A DNA stretch of 63,776 bases, counting the filler, from Myxococcota bacterium (lineage in GTDB: Bacteria > Myxococcota > Myxococcia > Myxococcales > Myxococcaceae), in assembly GCA_049322255.1 (NCBI GenBank). It is 5 parts of 5 records of this genome, joined end to end, with 100 filler letters (N's around TTAATTAATTAA, not from the genome) between each part and the next. Parts side by side here need not be neighbours in the genome. Positions count along the whole stretch, not along the records: positions 1 to 28,693 come from JBMORE010000044.1; 4 more parts are not named here. One strand, given 5' to 3'. How positions within the stretch are numbered: the first letter of the stretch is position 1; the number at the start of each line of letters is the position of its first letter. This document shows positions 20,583 through 28,793 of the stretch, piece after piece. The position numbers and the translations under genes are program-made. Below the pieces are notes generated by a model. That model was not told the origin of the DNA and made no database searches. It saw only the letters and a list, made by a program, of their open reading frames with translations.

Positions 20583-21428
20583 ATGCACGCTCTCAAAGCC
20601 CCCGCTCTGCTCCTCCTTTGCAGCTGCGTCACCCAAGGCACCTACGACGCCTTGCGCGCCGAGGCCGACGAGCTGCAGTCGCAGCTGGAGACGAAAAACC
20701 AGCGTTTGCGCGAAGAAGAGCAGCGCGCCGAGAAGATGCAGCGCGTGGAGGCCGACTTACGCGCCACGCTCGCCTCCGAGGAGGAGCGCATCGCCGAGCT
20801 CAACCAGCGCGTCGTCGAATTGGAGGGAAACCTCGCCTCGATGCTCAAGGACAAGAGCAAGCTCCAGGCTTCGGTGAGCGAGATGACCGCCGCCCTCGCC
20901 GAGCTGCAGCGGCGCAAGGAAGAGGCCGAGGGGCGCATCGCCGAGTTCAAGAGCCTGCTCGTCAAGTTCAAGTCGCTCATCGACGCCGGCAAGCTCGAGG
21001 TGCGCATCATCGACGGGCGTATGGTGGTGGTGCTGGCCACCGACGTCTTGTTCGGCTCCGGCTCGGCGATGCTCTCCAAGGACGGCAAGGTCGCCATCGC
21101 CGAAGTGGCGCAGCTGCTCGCCTCCATCCCCAAGCGCTCCTTCCAGATTGAAGGGCATACCGACAACGTGCCCATCGCCACTGCCCAGTACCCCTCCAAC
21201 TGGGAGCTGGCCGCCGCCCGCGCGCTCACCGTGCTCAAGACGATGGTCGACGCCGGCATGCCCAAAGAGCGCATCAGCGCCGCGGCATTCGGCGACAGCA
21301 AGCCCACCACCGCCAACGACTCACCCGAGGCCCGCGCCGCCAACCGGCGCATCGAAATCATCATCGTGCCCGACCTCTCCACCCTGCCGGGGATGGAGGA
21401 GCTGCAGAAGGTAGAGAAGGGCGCGTAA
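20583..21428 (+). CDS. Coiled-coil OmpA/MotB-like peptidoglycan-binding lipoprotein
   Basis: Lipobox-like LLCSC, long coiled coil, IEGHTDNVPI, SNWELAAARA, NRRIEI. Confidence 0.88.
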   Translation: MHALKAPALLLLCSCVTQGTYDALRAEADELQSQLETKNQRLREEEQRAEKMQRVEADLRATLASEEERIAELNQRVVELEGNLASMLKDKSKLQASVSEMTAALAELQRRKEEAEGRIAEFKSLLVKFKSLIDAGKLEVRIIDGRMVVVLATDVLFGSGSAMLSKDGKVAIAEVAQLLASIPKRSFQIEGHTDNVPIATAQYPSNWELAAARALTVLKTMVDAGMPKERISAAAFGDSKPTTANDSPEARAANRRIEIIIVPDLSTLPGMEELQKVEKGA

Positions 21429-21448
21429 GCCTCTCAATCTGACTCAGT

Positions 21449-21502
21449 TTGCACCCAGGTGTCCTCCTCATTATCCTCCACAAAAGAAGACATTGTGGAG
21501 GA
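21449..21502 (+). promoter_or_regulatory. Sigma70-like promoter and 10-bp inverted repeat covering the antitoxin RBS
   Basis: TTGCAC-N17-TATCCT; tcctccacaa (21474..21483) / ttgtggagga (21493..21502). Confidence 0.55.
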
Positions 21503-21506
21503 CAGA

Positions 21507-21737
21507 ATGAAGGCCAAAGTCTCCGTCACCATCGAAAGTCCACTCGTAGAGTTTCTGGATCAGCTGCCTGGAGAGACGCGCTCGGAGAAACTGGAGAGGA
21601 TTCTTCTGAAGTTCAAGCGGTTCGAAGACGATCAACGCCTGCGGCATGCGTTGTCGGCGGTACGCGAGGAGGACCGTGAGAGGACCGAGCGTGAGAGTTG
21701 GGAGCGAACGATGGCGGAGGCGATGTGGAGCGAATAA
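21507..21737 (+). CDS. RHH-type antitoxin
   Basis: MKAKVSVTIE beta-strand, TRSEKLE helix; overlaps the downstream toxin gene. Confidence 0.72.
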   Translation: MKAKVSVTIESPLVEFLDQLPGETRSEKLERILLKFKRFEDDQRLRHALSAVREEDRERTERESWERTMAEAMWSE

Positions 21738-22051
21738 GCCGTGGCGATATTTGGGTCATCGAGCCGGCATCCCACCCAAAGCCGAGGCCGGCATTGGTGG
21801 TCAGCATCAACGCAATCAACGACCTTTGTCCCGATGTGCTCGTCGTTCCGGTCACCAGCCATCCCGGGCCTTTGCGCGTAGGGCTCCCCAACGATCCCGC
21901 CACCACAGGGCTTCGAGCGACCAGCTACGCGAAATGTGAGTCGGTAGGTCCTGTCCACAAGTCTCGGCTCAAGCGAAAAATCGGCCGAGCTCCTCCCAAG
22001 GCATTGCCGGAGGTTGAAGCCGGCATTCGCCGAGTGCTCGGGCTGGATTGA
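21725..22051 (+). CDS. PemK/MazF-family endoribonuclease toxin
   Basis: SRGDIW...KPRPALVVS.N..N...VLVVPVTS. Confidence 0.88.
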   Translation: MERISRGDIWVIEPASHPKPRPALVVSINAINDLCPDVLVVPVTSHPGPLRVGLPNDPATTGLRATSYAKCESVGPVHKSRLKRKIGRAPPKALPEVEAGIRRVLGLD

Positions 22052-22163
22052 TCGGCGAACCCTGATTTATCACCAGTAGAGCGGTCACTGCTGACGTACG
22101 GCAGCTTCGCTCTGCTGAGATCCACGCGCATCTCGGCATGACGAGCACGGCTCCCCTCTCCGT

Positions 22164-22544
22164 TCACACCAGCGAGGACAGCAGCGTCATCGCGGGGGCG
22201 ACGCGAATGCCCGCGGGCGTCACGTAGTCTTTCTTCCCCACCGCGGAGACCTGCCACGCCTCGGCGTCGGGGAAGCGCTCGGCGAGGTAGCGAAGCGACT
22301 TGGAGAGCTCCGTGTCCGACCACTTGCACTCGATGAGATGTGTCGGTCGCCCTCGTTCGGTGACGACGAAGTCCACCTCGCGGCCGTCCACATCGCGGAA
22401 GTAGCGCAACTCCATGTCACGCCCCTCCGTGTCCTCGAGGTAGTGGACCCACTTGAGCAGATGCGCTGCTACCAGGTTCTCGAAACGAAGAGCCGGGTCC
22501 CCCACCAGCGTCCAGTCGAATCGGCGAAAAAAGTCGGGCATCAC
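22164..22544 (-). pseudogene. C-terminal (DUF4143-like, PD-(D/E)xK) remnant of an AAA+ ATP-binding protein
   Basis: RFENLVAAHL...YFRDVDGREVDFVV...IECKW; no room for the ATPase domain before the argE stop. Confidence 0.7.
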
Positions 22545-22574
22545 GCCAAGACACTCGAACCGGCTGGCCGCGCT

Positions 22575-23687
22575 TCACCCGCAGAAGTGGGCAATTGCCT
22601 CGGCGAGAATTCGCTCGCAGGCCTCCACCTCGGCAATCGGCACGTGCTCGCCGCTCTGGTGGGCGACGCGGATGTCGCCTGGCCCGAACACCACCGCCTG
22701 CGCCCCCAACGCAGTGAGCTGCGGAGCCTCGGTGCCAAAGGCCACCGTGGCGGGCGCCTTCCCCGTCTTCTCTGAAAGAAAACGCACCACCTCCGCTGAA
22801 GCGGGCGTGTCCACTCCGCGGTCCATGCGCAAGACACGCACGGTGCAAGAAAAGCCAGGGTCGGTTTCCCGCATCTCCGCTGCCACGTCGTCGAGCAGCT
22901 GCCTTCCCTTCTCCACCGATTGCTTGGGTAACGGCCGCCACTCCACGGTGAAGCTGCACCGCCCGGGGATGACGTTCTTCGCCCTCCCTCCGGAGACGAC
23001 GCCCACGTTCATGGTGCCGTAGGGCGGCTCGAAGGCCTCGTCGCGCTCGGCGCGAAAGTCGGAAAGCGCCCGCTCCTCCAGGCGGCGCAAGAAGCGAGCG
23101 GCGCGGAAGATGGCCGAGGCGCCCGACTCGGGGTAGGCGCTGTGCCCTTCTTTCCCATGCACTTCGACCTCGGCAAGACAGTACCCCTTGTTGGCGCGAA
23201 TGGGGGTGAGCGAGGTGGGCTCACCGACGATGGCGTGCCGCGCCCGACCAAGCCCCGCCTCGACGAGGTGCTTGGCACCCACGCAGCCCAGCTCTTCGTC
23301 GGCGGTGAACACCAACAAGAGCGCCTTCTTGGGCACGGCCCGCTCGGCGGCGTGCAGAGCGCAGGCGAGGTACGCCTTGGTGTCGCAGGCCCCGCGCCCG
23401 TACCAGCGGCCGTCCTTCTCGGTGAGCACGAGCGCCTCTTTCCACGCGGCGTCGAAGGGCACACAGTCGGAGTGCCCCACCAACGCCAGCTCGGGCAGGC
23501 CTTCTCCTTTCTTCGCCAGGAGGTTCACCTTCTCGACTCCTGCTTCGTCTTGGTACCGCTGCCGCTGACAGTCGAACCCAGCGCGCCGGAGCCGTGACTC
23601 GACGAGGTCGATGAGCGCCGCGTTGCTGCGCACCGAGGTGGAATCGATGGACACCAACTCGGCCAAGGTGGATTTGAACGCACTCAC
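22575..23687 (-). CDS. argE: Acetylornithine deacetylase-like M20 amidohydrolase
   Basis: GHSDCVP, YGRGACDTK, DEELGC, IVGEPT, FGTEA, FGPGDIRVAH. Confidence 0.85.
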   Translation of the reverse strand: MSAFKSTLAELVSIDSTSVRSNAALIDLVESRLRRAGFDCQRQRYQDEAGVEKVNLLAKKGEGLPELALVGHSDCVPFDAAWKEALVLTEKDGRWYGRGACDTKAYLACALHAAERAVPKKALLLVFTADEELGCVGAKHLVEAGLGRARHAIVGEPTSLTPIRANKGYCLAEVEVHGKEGHSAYPESGASAIFRAARFLRRLEERALSDFRAERDEAFEPPYGTMNVGVVSGGRAKNVIPGRCSFTVEWRPLPKQSVEKGRQLLDDVAAEMRETDPGFSCTVRVLRMDRGVDTPASAEVVRFLSEKTGKAPATVAFGTEAPQLTALGAQAVVFGPGDIRVAHQSGEHVPIAEVEACERILAEAIAHFCG

Positions 23688-25025
23688 CTAAATCAGCCTC
23701 CGCGCCACCTCGAGGTAAGAGCGGCCGATGTCTTCGGCCAGGGGGTGATGTCCTTCGCGGACGATGAGCTGGCCCTGCACCGCCACCTCGCGCACCGCGG
23801 TCTTCTCGGCGCCGAACACCACTGCGGGCAAAAGCGCCTCCTCGGCGACGCCAACGAGCGAGGGGTGGGACAAGTCAACGGTGAAGAAGTCGGCCGGCGC
23901 TCCGGGGACGAGCTCCCCCGTGGGCAACCCCAAGCTCCTGGCGCCACCGCGGGTCGCCGCCTGAAAAAGCCCCACCGGGTCGAGCACGCCACGTCGCCCA
24001 CGAATCAGGCGCAGGTGGCCCTCCAGCTGGCGCGCCTCGTCGAGGAGGTCGACTTGCGCTTGGCTGTCGCTCCCCAGGGCGAGCGTCACGCCGGCGGTCG
24101 CCAGCGCATCGGCCGGCACCACTCCGTCGCCCAGGTCGCGTTCGGTGGAGGGACAGGCACACACCGCGGCCGTCGCTCGTCCGAGCGCGCTCACTTCCTC
24201 CACCGTCAGGTGAATGCCATGCACCGCGGTCATCTGGGCATGGAGCAAACCGACGTCGGCGAGGAGCTCGACCGGTCGTCGCCGGTGCTCGGCCAGACAG
24301 GCTTCCACCTCTTTGGGCTGCTCCGCCACGTGCAGGTGCGTCAGCCGCGGCGGCAGCTTGCCGAGGGCCTCCATCCATTCCTTCGGCACCGCGCGCACGC
24401 TGTGCGGCGCCATTCCCACTGTCGCCAGCGGGTCGCGATTCTTCGCGGAGAGCTCTTCCACCGCGGCGAGGAAAGCGTCGACGCTCTCGTCGATGAAGCG
24501 CGCCTGACGTGGGTTTGCCGATACACCAAACCCCGCGCGCGCATACCCCACCCGCAAGAGCACGATGCGCAGGCCCACTTCGCGTGCGGCGCGTAACACC
24601 TGCCACGCCAGCTCCTGCCGGTCGGCATACCGACGGCCGTCGGGCTGGTGATGAAGGTAATGGAACTCGCCCACCGCGGTGACACCGGCGAACGCCATTT
24701 CCAGAAACGTCTGCCGGCACACCGCATAGAGCTCCTCGGGGCCCAGCACCGACGCCGCGCGGTACATCTGCTCGCGCCAGCTCCAGAAGTCGTCGGTGGT
24801 GCGCCCCGCGGATACCTGCACCCGGCCGCGGAGCAAGCGCTGAAAGGCGTGGGAGTGCGCGTTCACCAGCCCGGGGAAGAGCGCCCGCCCAGGGAGGGCA
24901 ATGGCTTCGCCGCCGTCGACTTGCCCGGAGGCGACGCACCCTTCCCCATCGACCGTGAGCGCGCGCCCGCGATGAAGCCGGCCTTCGGCGTAGAGAAATT
25001 CCGGCTGGTAGCGCACCGGCGTCAT
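23688..25025 (-). CDS. hutF: Formimidoylglutamate deiminase
   Basis: NAHSHAFQR, DFWSWREQMY, GEFHYLHH, APHSVRAV, HVAEQ, CPSTERDLGDG, GSDS. Confidence 0.92.
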   Translation of the reverse strand: MTPVRYQPEFLYAEGRLHRGRALTVDGEGCVASGQVDGGEAIALPGRALFPGLVNAHSHAFQRLLRGRVQVSAGRTTDDFWSWREQMYRAASVLGPEELYAVCRQTFLEMAFAGVTAVGEFHYLHHQPDGRRYADRQELAWQVLRAAREVGLRIVLLRVGYARAGFGVSANPRQARFIDESVDAFLAAVEELSAKNRDPLATVGMAPHSVRAVPKEWMEALGKLPPRLTHLHVAEQPKEVEACLAEHRRRPVELLADVGLLHAQMTAVHGIHLTVEEVSALGRATAAVCACPSTERDLGDGVVPADALATAGVTLALGSDSQAQVDLLDEARQLEGHLRLIRGRRGVLDPVGLFQAATRGGARSLGLPTGELVPGAPADFFTVDLSHPSLVGVAEEALLPAVVFGAEKTAVREVAVQGQLIVREGHHPLAEDIGRSYLEVARRLI

Positions 25026-25077
25026 CAGCTCCGGTGCTCTAGCACGCTCTACGCGTCTCAGTTGCCCTCCGAGCGAG

Positions 25078-25217
25078 CGAACGAAAGCCGAGGCCGGGCG
25101 AACCGGTTGCTTCCGCGCAGGCCGTTCGTAGCTTCCAGCAGGACCGAAAGGTCCCAGGGACGCTTGGGAACGAGCTGGTGAGGGGCGAGGGCGAGCTCGT
25201 CGTTCCCAACGCGTCCC
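25078..25217. other. Strongly structured intergenic region (three predicted stem-loops)
   Basis: cgaacg/cgttcg stem; ggacc-gaaa-ggtcc; ~20-bp stem at 25157..25217. Confidence 0.55.
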
Positions 25218-25239
25218 GGCCGTCCGGGGGAGGCAAGCG

Positions 25240-25473
25240 ATGGCACGCTGCGAAACCTGCGGGAACGAATACGACAAGGCATTCACCCTCATCCTCAAAG
25301 ACGAATCACACACCTTCGACTGCTTCGAATGCGCCATCTTCGCGCTGGCTCCGGAGTGTGCTCAGTGCGGAGTGCGCATCATCGGGCACGGCGTGGAGAC
25401 GGGTGAGCAGATGTTTTGCTGCGCGAACTGCGCCCACGTGGCGGGCGTGCGAGAGCTGCAAGACAGGGTGTAG
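25240..25473 (+). CDS. Small Cys-rich metal-binding protein (metallothionein/TRASH-like)
   Basis: 77 aa with 9 Cys: CETC, DCFEC, CAQC, FCCANC; GGAGG RBS. Confidence 0.8.
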   Translation: MARCETCGNEYDKAFTLILKDESHTFDCFECAIFALAPECAQCGVRIIGHGVETGEQMFCCANCAHVAGVRELQDRV

Positions 25474-25493
25474 CCGACCCGACCCGGAACGCC

Positions 25494-26192
25494 TCAGCGT
25501 CGGCGGTCAGGCCATTGGAGCATTTTTCGCCGCTCGTCGCGCCGGTTACCGAGGACGACGACGAGGAGAACGACGGCACCGACCCCCACGGCGATCGCCA
25601 GGGGGATTTTCTCGGGCTTGAGGATTCTTCCCAGGTTGTCCCACGGCGCCAGGTAGGCGACCCACAAGATGAGGGTCAAGCCCCAGCTCACGTATCGCGT
25701 CGCCTTCGACAGCCAGCGGAGGGTGTCGGTGCTTCCGCGCCAATGCTCGAGCGCGGCGAGCCCGCTCATCGCGGCGGCGGCGGCAAGGAGCACCGCGCCG
25801 AGAAGCGCCTCGAGCTCGAGCAGCTCGCCCTCGCTGAGGTGCATTTCGACCCACAGCGCGAGCACGGAGACGAAGCCCAGTGCCCCCAGCACGTCCTCGG
25901 CAGGACCCTCCGCACGCACCGCCCCCGCTCGGGCGACGAGACGCTTGATTGCGCCGAGGACGTAGGTGCCCGCAAGAGCGGCAAACACCACCGCGACGAG
26001 CACCGTATCGAGGCTCCCGAGCCTTCCCTCTGCGGCACGTCCGTAGACCCAGAAGACCAGAATCCCCGCGCAGCCAACCGCCCGGACGAGGCGCTGCGTT
26101 GGCTCGTCGAGGAACTGGTAGACCAACCAGCCCGCGCACACGATGGCCAGAATCGGCGAGAGGTTGGGAATGCCTGCGTAGACAATCTGCAT
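25494..26192 (-). CDS. Hypothetical integral membrane protein
   Basis: About 7 hydrophobic segments; fills the gap between neighbouring genes; start uncertain. Confidence 0.6.
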   Translation of the reverse strand: MQIVYAGIPNLSPILAIVCAGWLVYQFLDEPTQRLVRAVGCAGILVFWVYGRAAEGRLGSLDTVLVAVVFAALAGTYVLGAIKRLVARAGAVRAEGPAEDVLGALGFVSVLALWVEMHLSEGELLELEALLGAVLLAAAAAMSGLAALEHWRGSTDTLRWLSKATRYVSWGLTLILWVAYLAPWDNLGRILKPEKIPLAIAVGVGAVVLLVVVLGNRRDERRKMLQWPDRRR

Positions 26193-26263
26193 GGGGCCGA
26201 CTCCACCATACTGCGAAACTGCGAACAGTCCCCCTCGCCGCAGCCTATGCACATCGTTCGGGG

Positions 26264-28693
26264 GTGAAGACCAAGAGGCGCCTGAATCGGCTCGAGGCGT
26301 ACCGGCGCAAGCGGCGCTTCGACATCACCCCTGAGCCCGCTCCGGGCAAACAGGCAGCTCCACCGGGTCACTTGCGCTTCGTGGTGCACAAGCACGATGC
26401 GCGGCGGATGCACTACGACTTGCGGCTGCAGATTCAAGGCGCCCTGGCAAGCTGGGCTATCCCCAAGGGCCCAAGCTACGACCCGGCGGCCAAGCGGCTG
26501 GCGGTGGAAACGGAGGACCATCCGCTGGAGTACGCCGGCTTCGAAGGCCGCATCCCCGAGGGCGAGTACGGCGCAGGCGACTCGATTCTGTGGGACGCAG
26601 GCACTTACCAAACGGTGCCTCCGGGCCAGGAGGCGGCGATGCGCCAAAAGGGGCATCTGCAATTCGAGCTCTTCGGCCAGAAGCTCCGCGGGCGCTGGCA
26701 CTTGGTGCGCACCCGCCGCCCCACTGGCAAGCCGCAGTGGCTCTTCTTCAAGGCCAAAGATGGCGCGGAGAAAGCCTCGTACGACGTGGTGGCCGCGCGC
26801 CCCCAGTCGGTGCGCTCCGGGCGAGTGCTCACCCGTGGGCCACAGAGGAAGACGACGCTGCGCGGCCCTCACCCGGAGCCGGCGGCGCTGCTCAAAAAAC
26901 TTTGGCCCCCGATGCTCGCCCAGCCCAGCACCGCCCGCGCCCTGGGGCCGGACTACTTGCTGGAGGTGAAGTACGACGGCTTTCGCGCCCTCGCCGCCCT
27001 CTCGAGAGGGGAGCTGTCGCTGCTGAGCCGCAACCGGCTCGACCTGACCGGGCGGTTTCCCGAGGTCGCAGGGGCGCTTTCACGCCTGCAGGTGGGCGAA
27101 GCGGTGCTCGACGGCGAAGTGGTGGCGCTCGACGCCAAAGGGGTCTCCCACTTCCAGCTCTTGCACGAGCCGCGCGCCGACCGGCGCTACGTGGCCTTCG
27201 ATCTCTTGTGGCTCGATGGAGAAGACCTTCGGCGCCGTCCGCTCGAGCAACGTCACGACTTACTCGAAAGCGTGCTCGCCAACGCGCCCGCGTCGCTTTT
27301 GGTAGCCGAGCGATTGGCAACGCCCCTCGAGGAGGCTCTCATCGAGGTACGCCGCCGCGGGTTGGAGGGCCTTTTGGCCAAGCGCCGTGGCTCCCCTTAC
27401 CTCGGGCGCCGCTCGCGCGAGTGGCTCAAGCTGAAAGTCACCCACAGCCAAGAGGTGGCCATCGCCGGCTATTCCCCCACCCGCAGCCGCCGCAAGGAGA
27501 TCGGCGCGCTCTTGCTGGCGGTGTACGAGGACGCGGGCTTCTCCTACGCCGGCAAGGTGGGCACCGGTTTTTCCAGCGCGCAGCGCAGCGTGCTTTGGGA
27601 GCTTTTGCAGCCACGCGCGGTGGGTACGCCCCCGGTGAAGAATCCTCCCCGAGAACGGAGCATGGTGTGGGTGCGGCCCGAGTTGGTGGCGCAGGTCGGC
27701 TTCAAGGAGTGGACACGCGACGGCCGCCTGCGGGCGCCCACCTTTCTCGGCCTGCGGCCCGACAAGCAGCCCCGCGAGTGTATACGGGAGGTGCCGGTGC
27801 GAGCCCAATCGCCACCGCCCGCCCCCACTCTGCCCAAGGAGGTTGCCCTCAGCTCCGGCAGCAAGGTGATGTTTCCTCGGAGCGGCATCACCAAAGCCGA
27901 CGTCTACGCCTACTACCGGCACGTGGCGGAGGTGATGGTGCACGCGCTCGAGGGCCGCCCGTTGGCGTTGCAGCAGTGGCCCAAGGGCATTCACCACCCG
28001 GGCTTCTTCCGTCACGAGCTGTCGGCGGCCCCCGCGTGGATGACCACGGTGAAGCTGCCCCACGACGACAAGACGGTGGAGCACCTGGTGGTCGACCGGC
28101 CGGAGACGCTCCTGTGGCTGGCCAACCAAAACGCCCTCACCTTGCACATGTGGGCCAGCCGGGTAGGCCACCTCGAGGAACCGGACTGGGCGGTGTTCGA
28201 CTTGGACCCCGGCAAGGGCGGCTGGGAGGACCTCGTCCACGTCGCCAACGTGCTGCGTGGGTTTTTGGAAGAGCTCCACCTCTCCAGCGTGGTGAAGACC
28301 TCGGGCAAGCGCGGGCTGCACGTCTTGGTGCCGATGGCGCGCGGCCACACCCACGAGGACGCGGTGGACTTCGCAGTGGCCATCACCCAGACGTTGGCCG
28401 CAGGCCTGCCCCTGCTGGCCACCACCGAACGCACCAAGTCCAAGCGCCGCGGGCGCCTCTACCTCGACGCCTTTCAGAACGGCTATGGCAAGACCGTCGT
28501 CGCTCCCTACACCTTGCGGGCGCTCGAGGGAGCGCCGGTCTCTGCTCCGCTTCACTGGAGCGAAGTCACCCCCGCGCTCGACCCGAGTGCGCTCAACCTC
28601 CGCACCATGCGCGCCCGGTTGGACAAGTACGGCGACCTCTTCGCCCCCGCGCTCACCGGTGGGCAACGGCTGCCGCGCTTCGGCACGGACTAG
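26264..28693 (+). CDS. ligD: NHEJ DNA ligase D (phosphoesterase-ligase-polymerase)
   Basis: VHKHDARRMHYDLRL, EVKYDGFR, WLKLK, GKVGTGF, FDLDPG, KTSGKRGLH, YLDAFQN. Confidence 0.95.
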   Translation: MKTKRRLNRLEAYRRKRRFDITPEPAPGKQAAPPGHLRFVVHKHDARRMHYDLRLQIQGALASWAIPKGPSYDPAAKRLAVETEDHPLEYAGFEGRIPEGEYGAGDSILWDAGTYQTVPPGQEAAMRQKGHLQFELFGQKLRGRWHLVRTRRPTGKPQWLFFKAKDGAEKASYDVVAARPQSVRSGRVLTRGPQRKTTLRGPHPEPAALLKKLWPPMLAQPSTARALGPDYLLEVKYDGFRALAALSRGELSLLSRNRLDLTGRFPEVAGALSRLQVGEAVLDGEVVALDAKGVSHFQLLHEPRADRRYVAFDLLWLDGEDLRRRPLEQRHDLLESVLANAPASLLVAERLATPLEEALIEVRRRGLEGLLAKRRGSPYLGRRSREWLKLKVTHSQEVAIAGYSPTRSRRKEIGALLLAVYEDAGFSYAGKVGTGFSSAQRSVLWELLQPRAVGTPPVKNPPRERSMVWVRPELVAQVGFKEWTRDGRLRAPTFLGLRPDKQPRECIREVPVRAQSPPPAPTLPKEVALSSGSKVMFPRSGITKADVYAYYRHVAEVMVHALEGRPLALQQWPKGIHHPGFFRHELSAAPAWMTTVKLPHDDKTVEHLVVDRPETLLWLANQNALTLHMWASRVGHLEEPDWAVFDLDPGKGGWEDLVHVANVLRGFLEELHLSSVVKTSGKRGLHVLVPMARGHTHEDAVDFAVAITQTLAAGLPLLATTERTKSKRRGRLYLDAFQNGYGKTVVAPYTLRALEGAPVSAPLHWSEVTPALDPSALNLRTMRARLDKYGDLFAPALTGGQRLPRFGTD

Positions 28694-28793
28694 NNNNNNN
28701 NNNNNNNNNNNNNNNNNNNNNNNNNNNNNNNNNNNNNTTAATTAATTAANNNNNNNNNNNNNNNNNNNNNNNNNNNNNNNNNNNNNNNNNNNN
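28694..28793. other. Artificial contig linker
   Basis: 100 bp of N with TTAATTAATTAA (stops in all six frames). Confidence 0.97.

Noticed and set aside
25130..25170. c-di-GMP-I riboswitch (GAAA hairpin followed by GGGACGC)
   Set aside because: The conserved GCAAA segments on either side are missing; kept only as an unclassified structure.
28694..28793. TTAATTAATTAA palindrome within N-runs, four times
   Set aside because: Identical 100-bp artificial scaffold linker; not biological, and adjacency across it is not evidence.
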